Assembly (NCBI GenBank): GCA_947625805.1 | Contig: CANQPT010000004.1 | Location: forward strand, 13,829 to 77,828 | Source of the DNA: an uncultured Clostridia bacterium | GTDB taxonomy: Bacteria > Bacillota > Clostridia > Oscillospirales > CAG-272 | Length of the DNA stretch: 64,000 nucleotides | Reading direction: 5' to 3' | In this document: in pieces, positions 26,641-36,109 of the stretch | How positions within the stretch are numbered: the first letter of the stretch is position 1 | Layout of the letters: each line of letters begins with the position of its first letter | Position numbers and translations under genes: made by a program | The notes under the pieces: model-generated | The model's input: only the letters and a program-made list of their open reading frames with translations | What the model was told of the DNA's origin: nothing | Databases searched by the model: none

Positions 26641-26805
26641 CTACTCGGTGTAGTCCACATTGATGATGTACCCGTCGATCAGCATCTTGCGGACATACGA
26701 TCCGAAATTGCGCATCCCAAGCTCCGCCAACTTGGATTTGATGATCTGTTCTTCCTGTTCGGTCAGGCAAATCTCCTTGCAAATCTGTCTTACTCTGTTT
26801 GCCAT
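26641..26805 (-). pseudogene. Truncated MobC-type relaxosome accessory protein (N-terminal 54 aa only)
   Basis: MANRVRQICKEICLTEQEEQIIKSKLAELGMRNFGSYVRKMLIDGYIINVDYTE matches the ribbon-helix-helix N-terminal half of MobC-family proteins. The usual C-terminal half is absent, and no relaxase gene follows. Confidence 0.6.
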
Positions 26806-27106
26806 GTTCGATTCCTCCTTTGGCTGGCAATAGATTTTCAAGTTGAGAGGGCATTTCCTCGCTATACAATGGACATCTCTGCAACGCTTTGGTATATGAC
26901 ATTAAAAATATCCCTCTATAAGACAACGGACATTTTTTCGCCAAAATGCACCCCTCTAAATTGTAAATTTTTTGTGAATAGCAAATTCCCTCTCACTTTA
27001 CAAATGAGCGATTCGGGTTTGCAGCTCTCACACTCATTTTATTTTGTTGGGAGTACCCAAACCCCGAATAATATGAAATTCCCGATTGACTCATGTCATA
27101 ACTTAA

Positions 27107-27517
27107 TTGCAATTATTTTTCGCATATTTTTCCGAACCCATTGACTATAATCGTAATTGTGAGTATACAGATTCTGAGCCTATATGGATGTCTATTGACA
27201 GTAATTTGGCTGGATATGATATTAAATCAAGAATAAATAGAGATAATCCAAACGCATTGCTTATTGAGGTGAAAGCATCAACCCTTGCACTAGATCAAGC
27301 AGTATTTCATGTAACATCTCATGAGTGGAGTGTCGCATTAACAAGTGCGGCATATGTATTTTATGTATGGTGCTTATATGGTAACAAGAAACTCCTTGCT
27401 ATCATTTCTCCACGGGATGTTCAGCCCTACATTCCAACTAATAATTTAGAAGGCGAATGGGAAAGCGCAAAGATTCCGTTTTCGTGTTTTGAAAACAAAT
27501 TTATAGAGATTGTATAG
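27107..27517 (+). CDS. Small DUF3883 (restriction-endonuclease-like fold) protein; the real start may be the ATG at 27188
   Basis: LAGYDIKSRINRDNPNALLIEVKASTL...FHVTSHEWSVALTSAAYVFYVW matches the GYDI...IEVK...T.nE core of DUF3883. It is much shorter than typical DUF3883 proteins. Confidence 0.6.
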   Translation: MQLFFAYFSEPIDYNRNCEYTDSEPIWMSIDSNLAGYDIKSRINRDNPNALLIEVKASTLALDQAVFHVTSHEWSVALTSAAYVFYVWCLYGNKKLLAIISPRDVQPYIPTNNLEGEWESAKIPFSCFENKFIEIV

Positions 27518-27530
27518 AGAGGATTTTGTC

Positions 27531-29668
27531 ATGAGCGAGATGGACAAGTATATTAACAATTTAGTTTCTGAGTTCAAGAGGCTATCTTATGAGGATGTAG
27601 GGAATTGTTCGAATACTGAAAAGTTGCTCTATCTCTATGCCTATTATCACTACTTCAATCAGACAGTAGCCAAATATCTGATATTATTCAGGGCAACATT
27701 TATCATGCGGATGCATCAGATCGAATAACCGGTATTTATCTGGATCAAGATTCCGATAGTGGAGATGTCGATGTAGTTATTTCGGTCTACGCATACAATA
27801 ACTCATTCGATTTTCCGGCTATTCTGAAAATGTTTAAGGATGCAGAATCTGCTGTCTGTGCAGCACAAAAGCGAAAAAGCAGTGTTCGTAAAGAGCTGAA
27901 TTCTGTTCTGGATGACGATGAGTATAAAATATCGCCGGCAAGACCGTTGAAAATTCGCTTGATTACCAATTATAATCCGAAAACTGTTGGTAACAAACGG
28001 GCAATAACAAATGCTCTGCAAGCTATAAAGCCTGAACATGAGTATGTTACATACCATATTTCTTTTGGACTTGATATTGAGTATGAAATCATGGAGATCG
28101 AAAATCCAAAGGAATATGTGGATGAGGCAATTATCAAACTTGACGCACCCGATAACTACATGCGCTTTGGCACGAATGAATCTCTGATTGTGAACATATC
28201 CGCATTATCACTGAAAAATCTATATGAGCAATATGGATACCGAGGATTGTTCGCTCAGAATTTAAGGTACTATGTAAAGAATGCTAAAATTGATGGAAAT
28301 ATCATTAAATCCATTCAGGAACAACCAGAAAACTTCTGGTACTATAACAACGGAGTTATACTTATCTGTGATGATTATGTCATCGAGGGGGATAGCATAA
28401 TTGTCCAAAATTTTTCTATAATCAACGGTGGACAAACAACTAAACTTGTTGGAGAGACAGAGTTTACTCAAGACTTCTATATTCAATGCAAAATTATTAA
28501 AAACAAGTATGAGGCTGTTGATGATCGTCTGGAGTTTATTGCGAATGTCGCCGAAGCTTCAAATACGCAAAAACCAATAAAGGACAAAGACCTGATTGCA
28601 AACCGCATTGAACAGCGACTATTGAAAAAACAACTTACCAATGTTGGTATTTTCTGCCATATTAAGCGTGGAGAAAAAGTTAATAAAAAACTGTATCCTG
28701 CGGCATGGCAGAATACAACTAACGAGGAGCTGGAGCAATTCTTGCTCTCCTTTGTTTATCAAAAGTCCGGCACTGCGCGTGGTAGTAAAGCATCTATTTG
28801 CGGCAATAAAGAGCGATATAATTTACTATTCAATAAAAAGTACAACAGCGGCCTTCTTGGCGACTTGCTTAAAATAAAAGCCTTTTACAAACTTTGGGCG
28901 AATCAGATCAAAAAGACCGATGACGGATCCGACCCTTACAAGGTGGGATTGGTGAATAACGGTATGTTTTTCATGACATCTATTATCGGTGTTGTATGTA
29001 AGATTTACTATCGTCATAATGTGATAGAGCAAATTACGAATTCGGTTATGTCTGAGCAAAAACTTGAAGTGGTGGCACAGCATGATATAGATCATCCAAT
29101 TTTTTGCCTTGATCTTGACAAAAAAGAACAGTTCTTTGCGTTGTTTGAATATTGCTATACTAAATTCTATAGACCTGGTTATGAGTTTTTGAAGTCATTC
29201 AAAGAAAAGTATAACAATTATTCAAACTTTACCAAGATCAACAACAACTATACGAACTATGTTTTCAGGCAGATTGAATTTGAATATCGCCACGGTATTC
29301 CTGCGGATGATGTGAATTTCCTTAACGCTATCCTTTATACAGCATCTGAAGAAGATATTCTTCGCAATGAGTCTCTCCTGAAGAAATATGTCAATGTTGT
29401 ATATACTGACGCTACTGCCGAAAGCGATATCCTAGAAAGTGTCTCAGCGGTGATTAAGGAAGCCCTTGTTGCGTATAGAACAAAAACATATAGGTTAAAC
29501 CGTATTAAGGCATATGAGGTATTTAAAAATGTCTCCTGCGATAGAATTGCCAAGTTTGCACCAACAACTTTGGAAGACTTAAAGGCATTACGCTGTTTAG
29601 ACGAAGCACAGCTCACGTTGTACGGACAGGATATAGTTAACATTGTGAAGCAATATGTAGCACAGTAG
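27531..29668 (+). pseudogene. AIPR-family (abortive-infection phage-resistance) gene interrupted by a frameshift near 27672-27680
   Basis: The N-terminal 48 codons are in frame 0 (MSEMDKYINNLVSEFKRL...FNQTVAK). The rest is in another frame, open from 27620 (ISDIIQGNIYHADASDRITGIYLDQ...). The AIPR core is FAQNLRYYVKNAKIDGNIIKSIQEQPENFWYYNNGVILICDD...FSIINGGQTT. Confidence 0.65.
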
Positions 29669-29734
29669 AAAACGAAATTATTTTGTGTAGCTCGTAACTT
29701 GAAATGCTTTTGAGAAATAGAATGCTTCCACAGT

Positions 29735-30440
29735 GACGCTATCCCAAATTTTGTGTAAACACCCCATCAAGGCATAATGCGTATCTCGTGAGCGGTCGGC
29801 TCTGTCGACCGCTCTATCAACATACAAGCGGAAATCGGGACGCATGTCAAGGACGGCGGCCTGCCGCCGTTCATTTTACCCTTGACGCACGGCACGGTTT
29901 CTGCTATTCGGGGATGCATCCCCGAAAAAGATCGACAGCTGTTGTCGAGGGCGTCAAGAGCCGACTGCTCGTCGACCGCGCCGTATACGGCTTTTAGGTC
30001 TTTCATCAATTCCTTGATGTCCTTGTAACTGACATATTTGCTCGAATTGCGGAGTTGATGTATGATGCAGTTCTGTACTTCCGTGCGCGGAAATATCGCC
30101 TCTATCGCGGCAGAGAATCCTGTCAGATTGTCCGTACACGCTATAAATATATCATCAATTCCGCGATTTTTCAAACTGTTTAGCACAGTCGCCCAGTATT
30201 TGGCGCTCTCATTTTCGCCAACCCACATGCCAAGTACATCTTTTCTACCGTCAAGGTCGATACCGATGGCTATGTATACCACTTTTTTGACGATTTGTCC
30301 TTCGCTGAGAACGTGATAGTGGATTGCGTCCATGAATACCACCGCGTAGATCTCCTCAAGCGGCCTTTGTTGCCTTTCCTTTTGCAACAGCGCGCGAATC
30401 TTTTCTCCGTGCCATTTCCTCTGGCGTAAGCTTTTTTCTT
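29735..30440 (-). mobile_element. IS256-family insertion sequence remnant (transposase lacks its N-terminus and C-terminal third; one terminal repeat retained)
   Basis: RPLEEIYAVVFMDAIHYHV...YIAIGIDLDGRKDVLGMWVGENESAKYWATVLNSLKNRGIDDIFIACTDNLTGFSAAIEAIFPRTEVQNCIIHQLRN (DDE core). After ...ALDALDNS the frame degenerates. An IR-like GGGGTGTTTACACAAAATTTGGGATA lies at about 29740-29766. Confidence 0.7.
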
Positions 30441-30664
30441 CCCATTGCGTTTCCCCAGTATACTACGCTCATCCGTATTCTACTTATGAACGCGGAATCA
30501 ACGAAAAGCAAAACTCTCTTGTCCGTCGCTTCTTCCTCAAAGGAACCTCTTTTGACAATGTCACGGACGAACAGATTGCTTATGTGGAAAGCTGGATCAA
30601 TCGTTTACCCCGTAAAATCTTCAATTACCGCTCCTCTGATGATTTTTCTATCCTGTCCTATTAG
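30440..30664 (+). mobile_element. IS30-family transposase 3' fragment
   Basis: Hand translation gives VYYAHPYSTYERGINEKQNSLVRRFFLKGTSFDNVTDEQIAYVESWINRLPRKIFNYRSSDDFSILSY*. This matches the conserved IS30 C-terminus (PY..W.RG.NEN.NGL.R..FPKG...LN.RPRK). It abuts the truncated IS256 copy. Confidence 0.65.
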
Positions 30665-30770
30665 ATATTGCAATTTAGAGATGAAATTCCAATCGATTGC
30701 CGCTTTTATTGCTTCTATTATTATATCACATTAAAAACAAAGCCCTTTTCAGGACTTTGTCTTCAGGCTG

Positions 30771-30796
30771 AGACCCGAAATTCGGGTCTGTTTTTA
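30771..30796 (+). terminator. Hairpin plus T-run at the right edge of the island
   Basis: AGACCCGAAATTCGGGTCT followed by GTTTTTA. Confidence 0.5.
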
Positions 30797-31600
30797 TGCG
30801 CTTAAATTACGATTGAACACAAAGAGTTTGACATATGACATAAACTCTCGCACCAAACCGGCAGAATCAAAGGTCTGATAACCCACCGGGTGGATCTCAG
30901 TGCCCAAGCGTTTTGCAAGCAGACGAATGCGCAGGGCGTGGTAATTGTGGGACACGCCGATGATCGGGCGATCGGACAGATCCCGTTCCGCAAGCAACGC
31001 AAGGCTGTTGCGAATATTCTCGATCGTATTGTGCGACCGGTCTTCGATCAAGATCCGATCCTCACTAACACCGTGATCGATCAGATACTTTTGCATCGCG
31101 GCCGCCTCGGTGTTGGATTCATCTGCCCCCTGTCCGCCGCTCACGACCGTGACCGCATTCGGATAATGCTTCAGCAGTTCAAGGGCGATATCCAATCTGC
31201 GGCGCAGGGCCTTACCCGGCGTCATACCATAGGTTTTGCACCCAAAGGTAAGAACAACCAACTCATCGTCCTGTTCATAGTTTTCATACACCCGTTCGGG
31301 TGCGGACGGATAGGCCGTAACCGAAAAGCAAAAAATCATAAAGGTGATAACATACAGCCACATTCCGCAGACGTACGCCCACTTGAAGAACGAATATGCC
31401 CGACCAAACAGCTGCACCAACTGCCGCCGAAAGACCATCGGCAGGAGCACCGCGCACAGCACTGCCGCCGTGATCAGCACGGCAGTAAGTGCAGAGGCGC
31501 GGGTCACCACGCTGGCGATCATAAAATTGAGATAGCAGAGGCAGATGAAACCACCTGCCACTGCACTCAAAATCGTATCAACACTTTTTTTCTGTTTCAT
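30794..31600 (-). CDS. DUF218 (YdcF/SanA/ElyC-family) membrane-anchored protein
   Basis: N-terminal TM segments, then VVSGGQGADESNTEAAAMQKYLIDHGV...IEDRSHNTIENI. Confidence 0.75.
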   Translation of the reverse strand: MKQKKSVDTILSAVAGGFICLCYLNFMIASVVTRASALTAVLITAAVLCAVLLPMVFRRQLVQLFGRAYSFFKWAYVCGMWLYVITFMIFCFSVTAYPSAPERVYENYEQDDELVVLTFGCKTYGMTPGKALRRRLDIALELLKHYPNAVTVVSGGQGADESNTEAAAMQKYLIDHGVSEDRILIEDRSHNTIENIRNSLALLAERDLSDRPIIGVSHNYHALRIRLLAKRLGTEIHPVGYQTFDSAGLVREFMSYVKLFVFNRNLSA

Positions 31601-31611
31601 TTTTCCGGCGC

Positions 31612-33351
31612 TTACATACCGCGCTTGACGTAGTGGGTATGCAGTACCTCGTGTGCCTTGTGAGAGCCCGGCTCGCCAAAGTACTCGTCGTACAGAGCCT
31701 TGACCGCGCTGTTCTCATGGCTCTTGCGGATATCAAGCAGTTCCTTGTCCGCATGATAGAGTACTGCCGCACGCTTGCTCTTGAGATCCACGTTATTGCG
31801 CACGACTGCCGGCTGATAGGGCTGACCGCCTCCGTTGACGCACCCGCCCGGACAAGCCATGACCTCGATGAAGTCGACCTGCTCTTCCCCGGACTGCACC
31901 CGACGCAGCAGTTCCTTTGCATTTGCCGTACCGCTGGTAACCGCGACACGAATGGTCGTATCGCCTAATGTGTAGGTCGCACGCTTGATCGCGTCCGTGC
32001 CGCGCACATCGTCAAAGTCGACCTTTTCGAGTTTTTCGCCGGTGATAACCTCTGCCGCGGTACGGAGGGCTGCCTCCATCACGCCGCCGGTCGCACCGAA
32101 GATGGCGCCTGCGCCGGAACCGAAGCCAAACGGCTGGTCGTAAACGGAATCAGGCAAAGCACGGAAGTCAATGCCCGCTTTCTCGATCATACGTGCAACC
32201 TCGCGGGTGGTGATCGCCACGTCCACATCCGGCACACCCGCCGCAGACTGACCGTCGCGCTGCACCTCAAACTTCTTAGCAGTACAAGGAATTGCGGAAA
32301 CGAACACGACGTCTTTCGGGTCGAGACCGTTCTTCTCGCAGTAGTAGGTCTTATAGAGAGCACCGAACATCTGCTGAGGAGACTTACAGGTCGAGAGGTT
32401 CTCGGTCATCTCCGGGAAGTAATGCTCACAGAATTTGATCCAACCGGGCGAGCAGGAGGTAATCATGGGCAGTTTACCACCGTTCTTGACCCGATCGAGG
32501 AACTCGGTCGCCTCTTCCATAATGGTAAGGTCTGCGCTGACGTTCATATCATACACGCCGTCAAAGCCAAGCGCCTTGAGGGCGGAAACCATTTTTCCTT
32601 CCACGTCGGTACCCGGCTCGTAGCCAAAGCATTCGCCGAGGGTAGCGCGCACGGAGGGCGCCGTGCAGATTGCAACATGCTTGGTCGGATCGGCGATGGC
32701 GGCAAAAACCTTGTCGGTATCGTCGCGCTCGTACAGCGCGCCCACCGGGCAGGCAACGATACACTGACCGCAGTTGATACAGGTGGTATCAGCCAGTTTG
32801 ATCTCGTAAGCAGAGCCGATGTGGGTATCAAAACCTCTGTCGTTTGCACCGATCACGCCGACGCCTTGATTTTTATTGCAGGCAGCGACACAGCGACGGC
32901 AAAGCACGCACTTGCTGTTGTCGCGGATAATCGCAACGGACGAGTCATCGATTGTGCTCTCTGTCTTTGCGCCGCCGAAATAGTTTTCGTCTACGCCATA
33001 CTCGTTACAAAGTTTCTGCAATTCGCAGGTGGTAGAACGCACGCAGGACAGACACTTCTTATCGTGGTTGGAAAGAAGCAGCTGCAGATTCATCTTCCGG
33101 GTCTCGGTGATCGCGGGGGTGTTGGTCCGGATCTTCATTCCCTCGTTGACCGGATAAACACACGCGGTCACAAGACCTCTTGCACCCTCGACTTCAACCA
33201 GACACAGACGGCACGCGCCGATCTCGTTGATATCCTTCAAATAGCACAGAGTCGGAATGTCGATATTCGCATATCTCGCGGCTTCCAGCACCGTCGAGTT
33301 AGCAGGAACGGAATATTCTCTTCCGTTGATTGTTACATTTACCATATCCAT
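31612..33351 (-). CDS. hydA: [FeFe]-hydrogenase catalytic subunit (HydA of HydABC/Hnd-type complexes)
   Basis: An N-terminal 2Fe-2S module (LCYLKDINEIGACRLCLVEV) and several 4Fe-4S motifs. The H-cluster motifs are ITSCSPGW, IPCTAKKFE and EVMACPGGCVNGGGQP. Confidence 0.9.
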   Translation of the reverse strand: MDMVNVTINGREYSVPANSTVLEAARYANIDIPTLCYLKDINEIGACRLCLVEVEGARGLVTACVYPVNEGMKIRTNTPAITETRKMNLQLLLSNHDKKCLSCVRSTTCELQKLCNEYGVDENYFGGAKTESTIDDSSVAIIRDNSKCVLCRRCVAACNKNQGVGVIGANDRGFDTHIGSAYEIKLADTTCINCGQCIVACPVGALYERDDTDKVFAAIADPTKHVAICTAPSVRATLGECFGYEPGTDVEGKMVSALKALGFDGVYDMNVSADLTIMEEATEFLDRVKNGGKLPMITSCSPGWIKFCEHYFPEMTENLSTCKSPQQMFGALYKTYYCEKNGLDPKDVVFVSAIPCTAKKFEVQRDGQSAAGVPDVDVAITTREVARMIEKAGIDFRALPDSVYDQPFGFGSGAGAIFGATGGVMEAALRTAAEVITGEKLEKVDFDDVRGTDAIKRATYTLGDTTIRVAVTSGTANAKELLRRVQSGEEQVDFIEVMACPGGCVNGGGQPYQPAVVRNNVDLKSKRAAVLYHADKELLDIRKSHENSAVKALYDEYFGEPGSHKAHEVLHTHYVKRGM

Positions 33352-33370
33352 GTTTCGGTTACTCCCTTCC

Positions 33371-35170
33371 TTATTTCTTCTCGATCGCGCCGAACTTACA
33401 CTTCTCGATACAAGCGCCGCACTTCAAGCACTTTTCTTTGTCAATGACGTGCGGATTTTTGACCGTTCCGCTGATGGCGCCGGCAGGACAAACGCGGGAG
33501 CACAGTGTACAGCCCTTACATTTGTCGGGATCGATCGAGTAGGAGAGCAGCGACTTGCACACGCCGGCAGGACATTTCTTGTCCACAACGTGAGCGATAT
33601 ATTCATCACGGAAACGACTGAGGGTGGAGAGCACCGGGTTGGGCGCAGTCTGACCGAGACCGCACAGAGATGCGCTCTTAATGTAGTTACACAACTCTTC
33701 CAGTCTGTCGAGGTCCTCGAGCGTTCCGTTTCCGGCGATGATCTTGTCGAGAATCTCAAGCAGTCTCTTGGTACCGATACGGCAGGGCGTACACTTACCG
33801 CAGGACTCGTCGACCGTAAAGTCGAGGAAGAAGCGTGCGATGTCCACCATACAGGTGTCCTCGTCCATGACGATCAGACCGCCCGAACCCATCATGGAGC
33901 CATTGGCGATCAGGTTTTCATAGTCGATCGGGGTATCGATCAGCGATGCGGGAATGCATCCGCCGGACGGACCGCCAGTCTGGGCAGCCTTGAACTTCTT
34001 GCCGTTCGGAATGCCGCCGCCGATCTCCTCGATGACCTCGCGCAGGGTGGTACCCATCGGGACTTCCACAAGACCGGTGTTGGTGATCTTACCGCCCAGA
34101 GCAAAGACCTTGGTACCCTTGGAAGTTTCGGTACCCATGGAGGCAAACCAATCAGCGCCCTTGAGGATAATCTGTGCAACGTTTGCATAGGTTTCTACGT
34201 TGTTCAGAATGGTCGGACAGCCGAACAGACCCTTGACAGCCGGGAACGGCGGACGGGGACGCGGCTCACCGCGATTGCCCTCGATACTGGTCATCAGAGC
34301 CGTTTCCTCGCCGCACACGAATGCGCCCGCACCGAAACGAAGATCGATATCAAAGTCAAAGCCCGTGCCGAAGATGTCCTTACCTAACAGGCCGTATTCT
34401 CTTGCCTGCTTGATGGCAATCTGTAACCGATGAATTGCAATCGGGTACTCGGCACGCACATAGATGTAACCCTGATTCGATCCAATCGCATAACCTGCGA
34501 TTGCCATTGCCTCCAGCACCGCGTGGGGGTCGCCCTCGAGCACAGAACGGTCCATGAACGCGCCCGGGTCGCCCTCGTCGGCGTTACAGCAAACATACTT
34601 CTGTCCTGCCGGCTGAGCCGCGGCAAACGCCCACTTGCGTCCGGTCGGGAATCCGGCGCCTCCGCGTCCGCGCAAGCCGGACGCGAGGATTACGTCGATG
34701 ACGTCCTGAGGGGTCATCTCGGTCAGCACCTTACCCAGTGCCTGATAACCGTCCATTGCGATGTACTCGTCGATCTCCTCGGGGTTAATGACGCCGCAGT
34801 TGCGCAGTGCGACGCGCTTCTGCTTTTTATAAAACGTAGTATCGGCAAGAGAATGGACCTGTACCCTCTCCTCTTTGCCTTCGGTTTTCTCCGCGTAGAT
34901 CAGACGGCTGACCGGACGTCCTTTGAGCAGATGCTCCTCGACGATCTCAGGCATATCCTCCGGCTTGACCATGGAATAGAAAGTGCCGTCCGGATAGACA
35001 ATCATGATCGGACCGAGTGCACAAAGACCGAAGCAGCCGGTCGTGACCACCTTTACCTCTTCGGACAGACCCTTGGCTGCAAGCTCCTGCTCCAACGCCT
35101 CACGGACAGACATACTGCCGGAGGATGTACATCCGGTTCCGCCGCAAATCAATACATGTGAACGAATCAT
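33371..35170 (-). CDS. hydB: NuoF-like flavoprotein subunit of the bifurcating hydrogenase (HydB/HndC)
   Basis: An N-terminal thioredoxin-like 2Fe-2S module, the GLRGRGGAGFPTG FMN/NADH site, and a C-terminal 2x[4Fe-4S]. The start was set at MIRSHVLICGG (35170) with AAGGAGGA upstream. Confidence 0.9.
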   Translation of the reverse strand: MIRSHVLICGGTGCTSSGSMSVREALEQELAAKGLSEEVKVVTTGCFGLCALGPIMIVYPDGTFYSMVKPEDMPEIVEEHLLKGRPVSRLIYAEKTEGKEERVQVHSLADTTFYKKQKRVALRNCGVINPEEIDEYIAMDGYQALGKVLTEMTPQDVIDVILASGLRGRGGAGFPTGRKWAFAAAQPAGQKYVCCNADEGDPGAFMDRSVLEGDPHAVLEAMAIAGYAIGSNQGYIYVRAEYPIAIHRLQIAIKQAREYGLLGKDIFGTGFDFDIDLRFGAGAFVCGEETALMTSIEGNRGEPRPRPPFPAVKGLFGCPTILNNVETYANVAQIILKGADWFASMGTETSKGTKVFALGGKITNTGLVEVPMGTTLREVIEEIGGGIPNGKKFKAAQTGGPSGGCIPASLIDTPIDYENLIANGSMMGSGGLIVMDEDTCMVDIARFFLDFTVDESCGKCTPCRIGTKRLLEILDKIIAGNGTLEDLDRLEELCNYIKSASLCGLGQTAPNPVLSTLSRFRDEYIAHVVDKKCPAGVCKSLLSYSIDPDKCKGCTLCSRVCPAGAISGTVKNPHVIDKEKCLKCGACIEKCKFGAIEKK

Positions 35171-35186
35171 TCTTTTTTTGTCCTCC

Positions 35187-35558
35187 TTACTTTTGCGCCA
35201 TATCAATCGTGTACTCCGCCACAGGCGAACCGCCCTTGATGTGCTCGTCCAGTACACGCTTTACCTTGTCGGCAGTCATCTTGACGTAAGTGACCTTGTC
35301 CTTGCCCGCTTCGAATACTTCAACCACCGGCTCATACTGACAAATACCGATGCATCCGGTCTGGGTCACGGTGACCGTGTCGCCGAGACCCGCGTCGGCC
35401 ACGCCTTCTACAAATGCGTTGAGTACCGGGCGTGCTCCGGCGGCGATTCCGCAGGTAGCCATACCGACCACGATCCGCGTTTGTCCTTCGCCCTCGCGAA
35501 TGGTTACTTTATTCTGCATTTTATCTCTGATTGCAGCAAGTTCCGCTAATGTTTTCAT
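35187..35558 (-). CDS. Thioredoxin-like [2Fe-2S] ferredoxin (HndB-like)
   Basis: VGMATCGIAAGA ... TGCIGICQYEP. Confidence 0.8.
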   Translation of the reverse strand: MKTLAELAAIRDKMQNKVTIREGEGQTRIVVGMATCGIAAGARPVLNAFVEGVADAGLGDTVTVTQTGCIGICQYEPVVEVFEAGKDKVTYVKMTADKVKRVLDEHIKGGSPVAEYTIDMAQK

Positions 35559-36106
35559 TCGTTCTTTCCTCCTAAACGATCATATTGCTCTCTCATGTAA
35601 TCCTTGATCCACGCAATAACCTCGAGTTCCGCAAGGGAAACCTCGCTTCCAAGGGTCGCCCGTAATTGGTCGGTATTCAGCACAACCTCGCCGTCGGGTG
35701 TGGTGTGCCGGAAATGAAAGTCGACGTTCGGCGCGCCCATAATCAGCGTAGCCAGCGTGGACGGCATATCGCCGATCGGCGTAAAGTCCACACTGCCGGT
35801 ATCAAAGGTCGCTTTGACTGTGGTTCCTTTGCCCGGTTCTGAGTCGATTTGAAGCGCTCCTCCGGTTTGTGCCGCCGCAAGCTGCAAAAACGGAATGCCC
35901 AAGCCCACCTTTCGGGTGGTACGGGTGGTATAAAAGGGATCGGACACACGGCGCACCGTCTGTTCGTCCATACCGCATCCGTCGTCCGCGATGGTCAGCG
36001 TCAGCCACCCTGCTCCGTCGAGCGACAGCAGAATGGAGATATTCGCCGCTCCTGCGCGCACCGAATTTTCGGCAACGTCAAGAATATTGAGAGAAAGTTC
36101 TTTCAT
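35555..36106 (-). CDS. Stand-alone HATPase_c (GHKL) domain protein embedded in the hydrogenase operon
   Basis: N-box (LNILDVAENSVRAG) and G-boxes (DDGCGM, GLGIPF, PGKGTTV). No HisKA or DHp domain. Confidence 0.7.
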   Translation of the reverse strand: MKELSLNILDVAENSVRAGAANISILLSLDGAGWLTLTIADDGCGMDEQTVRRVSDPFYTTRTTRKVGLGIPFLQLAAAQTGGALQIDSEPGKGTTVKATFDTGSVDFTPIGDMPSTLATLIMGAPNVDFHFRHTTPDGEVVLNTDQLRATLGSEVSLAELEVIAWIKDYMREQYDRLGGKNE

Positions 36107-36109
36107 GCT

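Noticed and set aside
27510-27530. TTG start at 27510 for the AIPR N-terminal fragment
   Set aside because: It overlaps the DUF3883 stop and precedes the RBS-like AGAGAGGA. The ATG at 27531 is correctly spaced from that RBS.
32422-34387. Long plus-strand ORFs (32422-33447 and 33257-34387) opposite hydA/hydB
   Set aside because: These are antisense shadows of clearly recognisable hydrogenase subunits. They have no motifs and a biased composition.
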